From Octopus sinensis (taxonomy: Eukaryota): 64,000 nucleotides of DNA. Shown in pieces: positions 54,030 to 64,000 of this stretch (its first letter is position 1; each line of letters starts with the position of its first letter). The notes below the pieces were generated by a model. It searched no databases, had not been told where the DNA came from, and worked only from the letters and a program-made list of their open reading frames with translations. Both the position numbers and the translations under genes were made by a program. Location: positions 77,934,001 through 77,998,000 of the forward strand of contig NC_043000.1 in NCBI RefSeq assembly GCF_006345805.1, in the 5' to 3' direction.

Positions 54030-54938
54030 TTTGTTCTCATGATTGTGTGGTGGTGGTGGCGATAATAATTCTCTCTATGAATGCAGACAGACGTAGAGAG
54101 AGAGAGAGAGGATGTGGAAGAAAGAGTGAATGCGGCGGGGAAAGACAATAAACGCTGTCAAACGTCGTTATAGAGAGAAAGTGAAGGGAAGGGAGGAAAC
54201 AGAGAGAGACGGAGGAAGACAGACAGATATGAGAATGAGAGAAGACTTGTGAAAGTGTGCATTTTGCCCTAGTAACCACACCTTTTAAGATAGGGATTTC
54301 TAACCTAGCCCACTCACATCCTCACTTCATTTTACATTTCCCTGTAAAAGTTTGGAGTCAATCCGACGGATTTACTGCCCTTTAACCCATTCCGATGCCA
54401 AAACCAGACAAACAAACTTTTCGCATTTCAGATTTATAGATATTGATATATATATTATGTGTGCATTATGTGGTCGGTTGAACTGAAAATATGCACACCT
54501 ATGTTAAAAATGCCGGCTAGTTTGCATGGCAACTATTTTTTTCCTCAAATGCAAGCCGTAACCTCTAGGACAAAATTCCTCATTTTTTAAAATGTGGCCC
54601 GATTACACCCGAATGAAATCGGCTTATATTAACCAAATAAGTAAAACAATGAAAAACTATGCCATTTTAATCCCAAGTAAGGTCGGGTATCTCTGTATAT
54701 TTGTGAAAAGGGCAGATGTTGTTAGTAAATATGGTAGGATTCAGTTGAAAATTTGCACACCTATGTTAAAAGTCCTGGCGAGTTTGCATGGCAATTGAAA
54801 GGTGTGGCCTCTAGGGCAAAATTCCTCATCTTTAAAGTGTGGCCCACGTAGACCCGAATGAAATCGAGTTATAATACCGAAAAAAATAAAACAATGATAA
54901 ACTATTTTAATCCCGAGCAAGTCCGGGTTTCTCTGCTA
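54030..54938. mobile_element. Mixed-orientation Helitron-family fragments
   Basis: Repeats of ctagg.caaaattcctcatc..aaatgtggccc...gaaatcg; hairpin end cccgagcaagtccggg; minus-strand 5' end near 54440. Confidence 0.6.
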
Positions 54939-55658
54939 TCTATATATATAAAAGAGGCTTTGGGTCAAAATTGTGTGCACGTTTTGCTACGTCAGAAGTT
55001 GGCGACCACACCAGTGGTCAGATCGAGCTGAAAATTGACACAGGCATAGAAGGCGTGATGAGGCAGAGTTGAGTAGGTTAAAACTCACCATCTAGAAATA
55101 TGCGGTTCCTATGGTGAGAAAATTCAAGGGGGCTCTAAGCCCCTCCATATTGGCGCGATTGGCATCTAATCCTATCTATAAAATGAAGAAGGCGAACGTT
55201 GATACAAATTGGATTTTTATCTAAAAAGGAGTCTAAATGGGGCTGAAAGGGGATTCACATTTTCAGGAGGGGGTAACTTGAGGGGGGAAATTGATTTGGA
55301 GACGTTTTGTGGCGCTACAGTGGTTGCTTTGGTGTGAAAATTGGGATTTTATTGATTTTGGGGGACACTTGGTGGTCTAGATTGGACACCTTTTGCCCGA
55401 TTTCAATCAAATTTTCAACATGGTAAAGTGGAAGCGGATTTGTAATTTAAACGCGGAAATCTAATTTTTTTATGAATGGCAGAGAGATAGATAGAGAAAG
55501 ATAAAGAGTAAGAGAAAGCGAGGGAAAGTCCGAAAGGAAGAGTAAGAGAGTGGGAAAATGAGAAAGGATAGAGAAACAAAGAGGGAGAATGTGGCGATAA
55601 GAAACAGAAAGTAACAACCACAACCTCACCCGCGCGTAGAGCGGGTCACCTTAGCTAG
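54939..55658 (+). mobile_element. Non-autonomous Helitron C
   Basis: A|TCtatatatataaaag ... acccgcgcgtagagcgggt ... CTAG|T. Confidence 0.75.
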
Positions 55659-55959
55659 TCTTGTCAATATATTAGAAATAAAGAATAGTGTAAGAATTAA
55701 AGATTTTTGAAGCAACAGCTGGCCTAATTGTTAGGATCTTAGCTCACTATTTTGGGGTCGGGGATTCAATCTCTGGATTGGGAGGCGTTTCACGGTACGT
55801 TTCCCCCAATCTATTCGCCTGAAAATAACAACCAGCTTAGTCTCGTGCAACCCGATGGCCTTCATATTGTTACATCCTAGACGTTTTCCTGGATCAAAGG
55901 GGGAGAGGGCGAAGAGGGCGTCTATGTCAGCTCACGGCTGTATAAGCACCTACAGCATT

Positions 55960-57270
55960 TAGCGAAAGCATAGTACATGTTACCAGGCAATGCTCGCTTG
56001 CGAGTGATCTTTATTATTTTTTCTTTTTGTTTTTTACATAATCGGATCTGATAAATGTCATCTATTTTATGGTCATTTTACCAGATAATTATACCAAGCC
56101 GCATAATAACCATTTTCAGTAACAGCTGTTAGCAAATGGTTGAAATAACAGTGTCTATATTTGCAAGTATTTTGTAGCATGTTATTAAATCTTACATATG
56201 AATGCTGAGTTCTCTATGGTTTCTGGTGTTGTATTTTATATTTGAGTTACTTCGTCGATTGTTACTTACTCCAAGAATTGTTCCGACATTATTGTTGCTA
56301 TTGTTGTTGAAATAGGGTTCCATTACCATCCACCTGCTGCCTTTATTATTTCTCCAAAGTTTTGCTTCTTTTGCTAAAGAAGCTACATTGGTTTATAGTT
56401 TTGAGCTAATCTGTTTTCGTTTTATCTATAATTATTAACATTTACCATTAATTCCGGATTATTTTCTATTTCACATGGTTCTCTTGTCTTAGATGCTCCC
56501 TGATTGCGGTTATTTTATTATACTTTCTATACTCTGTAGCATTTGTCTTTATATCCTTTCATATTTTATGTGCATGCATTCGTTGCAACATCATAAATAA
56601 TAAAGGGATCTGTTCTTTTATATATATATATATTTCTCTGTATATGAGTTGTCTTGCTCTTATACGACATTATTTGAAGTGTCCACCTCCCCCCCCCCTT
56701 TGCAACTCTTCTGCATGGATTAGATCATTAATTGTTGGTAATGTTAATACTCACAACTGTTTCCAATATTCCTATAATGACTAAATCTTATTTATTTATT
56801 TATTTTGTCATTTTATTATTAATTGTATCCGCAGAAATTGTTTCATTTAGTATAATTCTTTATCTACTAACGGCTTCAGATCGCTATCACTTCTAATATT
56901 CTCAATGATATACCTTTCTGCTATTAAAACCTTAAGTTTAATTGTGTTCTTTTATTATCCTCATTCCATTTTGCTGGTCGATATTTTGTGAGTATATTGA
57001 GATTTGGATTTATACTCGTTTATTATTTCTTTCGTTAGCTTTACATGCACTGTATCTATCCTCTTCCTTTCTGTTTACAATATTCACAATTTTAACGTTT
57101 ATATTTCCATTATTTACGTTTCTTTTGCTTGCTGCTTGCATTTTCTTTTTGTATTCTCTAATTTCCTTGATTTTATTCAATTATAATGTCTCTTTTGATT
57201 TTATGCATATATGTTCTAGTAAATGTGTTAGGATACAAATTTACATCTAAAGTAAGGTAGTTATTTTCTT
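55960..57270 (-). mobile_element. Heavily decayed non-LTR (possibly R4/Dong N-terminal) coding remnant
   Basis: A-rich minus-strand coding-like bias; RDIII..IKEIRE-like remnant only. Confidence 0.25.
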
Positions 57271-57279
57271 GCCAGTTTT

Positions 57280-57935
57280 GTAATGGTATATTGCGATAAT
57301 CCCGTTTTTGATATCGAGGCTAGCTGCAAAATATGCATGCAATTTAAAAGCATATTCTTCTCAAAACAACATGGGCGTTTTCTGTTTTATTAGTGCGTCT
57401 AGAGGAATAGATCCAAATTTTTAGGCAGTAGCAATTTATTTATAGATAAATACATAGTGTTTTACCTGTTCCATGTTTCGTACTCTTATAAACCAAATCA
57501 GTAGGAGTACTGTTTGCTACTGTTTAAGTGTTGTGTAATGGAATTCATAGTCTTCAGGTATGTATTTATCACAATATTAAGATTAATTTCTTCAAAAGTG
57601 TTTGGTATATTTCTGAGTTTTCAATCTTATACTTGTTTACGGCAAGTCCATTGTATCTGTAACATCTTGGTGATATAGTTCCGTTTTTTAGTAGAATGTA
57701 TAATCCAACCAAATATGAAATTTCTGTTCCGTCGAAGCTGCTCATGGACCATCCAAAATTTCCTTTCCCTATTTTTTAATCCAGGAGAAATTATCATAAA
57801 CTAATAACGACTTCTTTCATAGCAGTTTCGGATATGTTAGTAGGTTTCAGAATCCAATGAACTGAATTCTACATAATCAAAATAGGAAAATCTGCAGTTG
57901 GATTTATTTTCTGTATGTTTTAACAGCTTTGTAAG
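57280..57935 (-). mobile_element. Decayed PLE reverse transcriptase fragment
   Basis: KSLLVYDNFSWIKK*G..F..SMSSFDGTEISYLVGLYIL..CYRYNGLA (cf. MGSYDGAEVCELVGL, GLYRDDGL); LIWF. Confidence 0.65.
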
Positions 57936-57937
57936 TA

Positions 57938-57939
<2 letters not shown>

Positions 57940-57985
<46 letters not shown>
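57940..57985 (+). repeat. (TAC)n microsatellite
   Basis: Read directly. Confidence 0.95.
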
Positions 57986-58421
57986 AATTTTACTGTGTTG
58001 AGTTAGTTGTGTCTCATCTTTTACTTAAAAGCATTTTAAATATGTTTCCAACTATCATTAGTTCATCTTTTGTCAGACTAACCATGAAACCCTTTTGTAG
58101 TTCTTTAATGTTATATATGGTTTGAGAACATTAAGACCATGTAAACGCTTTGCTATATTTAAATGTATTGTAATCTTAGACATGGCTTTTTTTTGTTTTC
58201 GTCCTCTATGCTGCCTGATTGATCGAATATTTCTAAAGCTTAAAGTAACGGTAGAATATATCAACCGAATATATATAGCATAAATATAACTATACTCCCC
58301 ACCATGCAATGAGTGTGATTTCTCTTGTTTGTTATAAACAATGTGCAAGCATACACGCATATATACATTCACACATACATATGTACGCGCGCGCGCACGC
58401 GCGAGTGTGTGTGTGCGTGTA

Positions 58422-58702
58422 AGAAAAATCATGGAACGAATAGTCCGAAGGAAACCAATTGCTTTCTCTCAAGAGAATAACTTGCTGACTGACACCCAAC
58501 ATGGTTTTCGACCAGGTAGAAGCTGCCTGACGCAGCTCTTACCACACTTCGAATGGGTGTTAATGCTTTCTTTAAGCTTTGTAGGAAGTTTACTACTTGC
58601 AAGGGAACTCTGGAAAAGTATCTGAAGTGGTTTCGCTAAAGCCTGCTTTCTTGACTTCAGAAGAATAGCCGGAAAGCCATCGGGACCAGTTGCTGAGCTT
58701 AC
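58422..58702. mobile_element. CR1/Jockey-type RT fragment with internal inversion
   Basis: + strand IMERIV..NNLLTDTQHGFRPGRSCLTQLL (58428-58560); - strand SSATGPDGFPAILLK..LAKPLQILFQSSL (58702-58560). Confidence 0.8.
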
Positions 58703-58984
58703 TTATGAAAGAACATGATCCCGTCAGTGTTTTAATCTTAAACGTTACTATAATGTATGATATGTACTTGTCGTCTTTATAGCTTTTGTGTTACTGCTAA
58801 ATGTATGCTCGTTAGTCTATGTAACACATTTCTTCAACTCAGTCTTTGCTAGCTAGCACACAAATACATATATTCATATGTGTGTGTGGGTGGCATCTAT
58901 GTGTCCGCATGTTTGCGTGTCAATGTATATGCATATGCACTTATACACACACATACGTGCATATGTATATAGATTATGTGTGTA

Positions 58985-59211
58985 TGTAGGTAGATAGATA
59001 GGTAGGTAGATATGTAGGTAGATAGATAGGTAGGTAGGTAGGTAGGTAGGTAGTTAGGTAGGTAGGTAGGTAGGTAGGTAGGTAGGTAGTTAGGTAGGTA
59101 GGTAGGTAGGTAGGTAGGTAGGTAGGTAGGTAGGTAGGTAGATAGATAGATATATGGGTAGTTAGATAGGTAGATAGATAGGTAGATAGTTTGGTACATA
59201 GATAGATAGAT

Positions 59212-59267
<56 letters not shown>

Positions 59268-59385
59268 AGTAGGTAGGTAGGTAGGTAGGTAGGTAGGTAG
59301 GTATGTAGGTAGGTAGGTATGTAGGTATGTAGCTAGGTAGATAGGTAGATAGGTAGATAAGTAGGTAGGTAGATAGCTAGCTAGC

Positions 59386-59449
<64 letters not shown>

Positions 59450-59612
59450 CACATACATACATTCATACATACATACATACATACATACATACATACATAC
59501 ATACATACATACATACATACATACATACATACATACATACATACATACATCATACATACATACATACATACATACATACATACATACATACATACATACA
59601 TACATACATACA

Positions 59613-59642
<30 letters not shown>
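58985..59642 (+). repeat. Compound tetranucleotide microsatellite (TAGG)n(TAGA)n(TACA)n
   Basis: Read directly; one of dozens of TA/CA/TACA/CT tracts in the window. Confidence 0.95.
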
Positions 59643-59643
<1 letters not shown>

Positions 59644-60391
59644 CAACAAATACGGAGAGTAAATATTTCATAATATCTACAGTTCGTGTAGATATCTTCA
59701 GTTGCTATCAACACGAAGTGTGTGAGAATATTTTCATTGAATCCACTTTCGATTCAGTCCCACAAGAAACATGAAATAGTGACATCATCTGAAAATTTAA
59801 TTCTTTTACAGTGGAATAGTCCAAACTATAAACGTTGTTGTTGTTACTGCAATGGTTGCTGTTGCAACAAATATTGCAATGATGATGATGATAATAATAA
59901 TAAGCAGCTGAAGACACAGAAACACTAATACAACCCAGCAGGACAGCTGAAAAATAACTCTAAAAGACTGGAATATCTACAGTTTCCTGTTGGCATTTTG
60001 AATTTCCCTCAAAATAAGTTAAGGAACTTATATATATCTACTGCTTTCGAACACATAAAGAATCAGCTTTAAAGCCTTTAATATCTACACCTTTTGTGAA
60101 TAACTATCATTTTCCCTTTCCCTCTGAGTATTCGAAAATGTAAACGTCCTCATTATTCCAAGAACACTGTTCGGACAGACAAAAGATTATCTCCAGTAAA
60201 TTTTAAAAAACTTCATATTTACAATTTTCTGTGAAAAAAATAATTTTACCTCCTTTTTCTTTTGGTTCCTTTTTCCCTGAATATTCGAAAATTTAAACAT
60301 CCTTAGTATCTTCAATTTTGTGTGAACACTTTGTCTTCCCTTCTTCCCTGACTAACAGAATATGTAAACATGTCTTTTATTGTAATAATAC

Positions 60392-60429
<38 letters not shown>

Positions 60430-60433
<4 letters not shown>

Positions 60434-60893
60434 GAAAAATACAAACTGGGACAGGAACGTAAACATTTAGAAGACGATAGAAAAAACACGGACGGGACAT
60501 TCGAAGCCTTCAATCTTCAGTCAAGAACCGGATCATCCTAGCAATTTCGGCTGATTAATCTTGAGATCGCTCCGATCCGGCCAGCCCCAAGGAAAAACTA
60601 AGCTACGAGCATTAGATTTCTTTGAAGAAGGATCGAATGTATACGAAACAGGGACAGAAAAACGGACGATGCCACACGAATATAAAATACAAAAAACAAT
60701 AATGGTAAAAACAGGACAAAAACAGCGGGTGTCTTACGACTAATAAACAGTACAAGTTTAGCTGGCGAATTTGGAAAAAATGCCTTTATCGGCAGACGAA
60801 GACAACGATGTTCTCACGGCAGTGGTCGGAGGGCAAAAGGGCTGATTTGACCAGCGGTCATGTGAGGGAAGAGAGAGAAAAGGGGGCAAAGGA

Positions 60894-60895
<2 letters not shown>
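60430..60895 (-). mobile_element. PLE-pLTR-like interspersed repeat between (TA)n tracts
   Basis: T-rich minus strand, flanked by (TA)n; contains cagccGAAA...CTGAAGA. Confidence 0.4.
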
Positions 60896-60972
<77 letters not shown>

Positions 60973-60974
60973 CA

Positions 60975-61128
60975 CATAAAAGGGATGACCTGTAAGTGGG
61001 CATCTATTATGCTAGAAGATCCGCTATGGTCTTACCAATAAAAAAGGAATTCCTTTCTTAGTGGTAAGACCATAGCGGATCTTCTTCTAGCATAATGGAT
61101 GTCCACTTATAGGTCACCTCTTTTATAT
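60975..61128. repeat. ~150-bp fold-back palindrome centred on ggaattcc
   Basis: gaagatccgctatggtcttacca / tggtaagaccatagcggatcttc and the flanking arms. Confidence 0.85.
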
Positions 61129-61131
61129 GTA

Positions 61132-61637
61132 TGTAGTGACGTCATTTTCCAGTGTGCGCACACGCAACGTCATTCTTCAGTGTGCGTATGCGGTACGTCA
61201 TTCTTCAGTGTGCGTGTGCGGGGCTGGAACCTTCTGGAAAGGCCTAAGGAAGTTCCCTCATGCACATGCGCAAGAGACTGGGGAAGAACATTCTATCGCG
61301 TTCCTTGTTTAGCGTCGTTGACTTGAGACACGGCTATTGAAGCGAAAGGACGTGTTAAACGTGTGATCAGCCATTCTCCTGTTCCAGACGCTTAGAATTT
61401 GACCTGCTCTGTTGCTGCTGAATTTGTTGTAAGAATCTTACAAATGTTAAAGTTCAGCCTTGCTATATCGAACCAAGTGGATACCAATATACCAACGTAC
61501 TTCTTTTGTAAATAAGAAATAAAGAGTATATATATTTTTAAGGTTGAGTTTTTGTTCCTGACTGGTAGATTCTGGAAATTAAAGAAAGGAAATTGGTTGC
61601 ACCCGAACAGTGTAAAGAATTAACCAGTTCCATTACA
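61132..61637 (+). mobile_element. 5' LTR of a Ty3/Gypsy element
   Basis: TGTAGTG...CATTACA termini; AATAAA at ~61518; immediately followed by the PBS. Confidence 0.85.
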
Positions 61638-61638
61638 G

Positions 61639-61650
61639 TGGTGACCCCGA
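61639..61650 (+). promoter_or_regulatory. Primer binding site, tRNA-Trp
   Basis: TGGTGACCCCGA is complementary to the 3' end ...TCGGGGTCACCA of animal tRNA-Trp. Confidence 0.85.
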
Positions 61651-62369
61651 GTTCTGGTCATAGATCATAGAACACTTAACTAAAATCTAGTTTTTACCGA
61701 GTCAGAGTTGTGAATCCAGTTTTTCTGACGTCGATATCTTCGCTTCAACATACACTAGCGACGCAGGACGCCTCCACCAACGACGCTTTTCTCTGCCGTC
61801 GCAATCACCATCGCCGTCCTTCAACTTCACGTCGTCTCCATCTCCGTCGCCTTCATCTCCAGCAACACTAATACGTACATAGCACTCACTCAGATTTAGC
61901 TTTTACGCTGTTGTGATTTTCACCGAGGTTAACAGCACAGCACTACCTGCGAGATTTTCTGTACCAATGTAACCTGGCACAGCATTGAAGCCACAACCGC
62001 TACACGACATGTGTTCAACCGGCATCTGCACTTGTGATCCCAACATCCTGTTACAGAACGAACTGCTATTATGTACTTTACTATGAACTGGTAAAATAGC
62101 TCTAACTTTATTAAAAAAAAAAAGAAAAATTTTGTTTCAGACGCGACGAAGGTTGGTAAAAATAAAAAAAAAAAGAATTTTTAATCTCAGTGCATACAGT
62201 ACAAAAGGAAAAAGAAAAAACACATTTTTTTAGGTAAAATTTACACGTAAAAAAAATGTATTGGTTCAATTGTTGGTCTTGTTTTAATTTCTATTTCTTT
62301 CTGTTCTTTTTTCCATTTGCGTCAGTTCAACTTTTCGCTGTCATTTCCCTTAAATTTAAAAAGAACAAC

Positions 62370-63351
62370 ATGTCTTTGGCATCATTACCCATTTTCACAG
62401 GTGATGCCACACTTTGGTTTGCACAACTAGAGGCATATTTTTGTGCACATAGTGTTTCTTCTGAGCAGCAGTTGCAAATTCTTTATAGTTGTATGCCTCA
62501 ACTTGCAACTACTGCCAGATATCTTATTACGGATCCTTCTCCAGATGCTACTTATGCGTCTGTTAAATTAGAAGTAGAAAAAAGAAACACTAGAAGCGAG
62601 GAAAGTCGCTTCTGAATTTCTGAGACGCAGACGCTCCTCTGCTTCGGAAAATTTTTTTTTTCAAGGTTGCCCGCCTACATACAAACTGTTTTGTCAACTG
62701 CTTTAGAGTCCAATACTGTGGACCAAATAGCGACATGGCAGATAAGATGGTTGAATTTGCAGTGCGACCATCTTCACGTGCTGTTTGTGTCTGCTTGGAA
62801 ACTTCTGCAAACTCAATTGATGGACTTTCTAAACAAATAGAAAGTCTCACCAAAAGGATGGACGCGATATGTCGCGATGGCAAGCGATTTTCAAGAACGC
62901 GTAGACGTGGCCGTTCACCGTCTCGTTCCACACAGTCAAAGTCCGGACTGTGTTGGTACCACTCCAATTTTGGAGAGAAAGCCCATAAGTGCATACAGCC
63001 ATCCACCTATAAAGATTTCAACTTCCTCTACATCGTTTTCTAGTTATCGTGAATTTTTCGTTAAGGATCTAGTGTCGAAGAAATACTTCATGGTGGACAC
63101 TGGTTCTTGTTGCAGCATTTGGCCTCTGCGTCTCACAACCGACAGGCCAAAACGATCTAATGTTACCTTGCACGCTATTGACTCGTCACCAATAGCCACA
63201 TTCGGTCAGATCTCTTTACGCCTTGACATAAATCTTCGTCGAGATTTTCAGTGGGTTTTTGTCATTGCTGACATTCCGCATCCTATTTTAGGTGCGGATT
63301 TTCTAAATCACTTTGGTCTATTGGTAGATGTCAGACGTCGGAGGCTAGTCG
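62370..63351 (+). pseudogene. CsRn1-clade Gypsy gag-protease, disrupted and truncated
   Basis: LWFAQLEAYF gag N-terminus; LCWYHSNFGEKAHKCIQP (CHCC motif); protease FMVDTGS...ILGADFL; stops and frameshifts. Confidence 0.85.
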
Positions 63352-63996
63352 ACGGGTTTTATCCTGTGTGATCAGTCTTTTGAAAAATTTTGACTCATCT
63401 TCTTGGCACATCTCCAAATTCATCCTCGAGCACTCAACGCGTTCTTGCTTCTGGAAAGGTGTGAGCAACCTGGAAATCCATCTGGCAGACACCTTTTGCA
63501 TATGCAAATGGTCATGAATGATAGTTTCCAGAGACCCGGTACTAATCTTGACCTTATGGGCTATTTGGCGAATAGTTATGCGTTGACCTTCCAAAATGGC
63601 AGCCTCAACTTGACGGACAGACGTCTCATCAACGGCAGAAGGGGGCGACCAGATCTGGGAGCTGTTTCCACAGAGTTCCGACTATGTTTGAATTCACAAT
63701 GCCAGCGTTTTACAAGGTCATATGATGGGGCATCAGCACCATAAGTTACTTTCATTTCATCAAAAGTCTCCCGTGGTGTGCGTCCTTTCAAATACAAAAA
63801 CCAGATCACTGCTCGACACTCAACAGGCTCCATTTCACACTTGACTCAGTTCAAACACCTGTAAATCAAAAACCACAATTAGGTCAGAGCTGTAATTCGC
63901 CACTTAATCTATAGAGGTATAAATAAGTGCACATGCAAAATTTCAGCTAGATCAAACAAGTGGGTCAGGGGCATTACTTATTGGACGCCCCTCGTA
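63352..63996 (-). mobile_element. Mariner transposon 5' half (TIR plus transposase to the first catalytic Asp), frameshifted
   Basis: TA-cgaggggcgtccaataaagtaatg TIR; CRAVIWFLYLKG..., PRSGRP, KVSARWIS (WVP-like), LITQDKT. Confidence 0.9.
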
Positions 63997-64000
63997 CTTG

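Noticed and set aside
59905-59930. CTGAAGA-caca-GAAAC
   Set aside because: No stem II or III pairing; chance match

Overview
AT-rich, microsatellite-saturated animal genomic DNA; the repeat families look like octopus (cephalopod) sequence, which is an inference. I recognise no host protein-coding exon, and nearly all long ORFs in the track are translations of (TA)n/(TACA)n/(CT)n. The window is a graveyard of mobile elements: tRNA-derived SINEs, RTE and CR1-like LINE pieces, a ~5 kb HERO-type RLE retrotransposon interrupted by a Penelope-like element (PLE), R4/Dong-type RLE fragments, two ORF1-only LINE-like elements, mariner/Tc1 remnants and a MITE, a nest of non-autonomous Helitrons, and the 5' half of a CsRn1-type Ty3/Gypsy element. 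The main hidden signal is a set of about 10 clear or readily repaired, plus several decayed, minimal type I hammerhead ribozyme (HHR) motifs. They belong to many sequence-unrelated short elements next to (TA)n, nearly all have a self-palindromic stem III, and some element ends or fold-back points lie at the predicted cleavage site. All RNA structures were assigned by eye and none has been tested.
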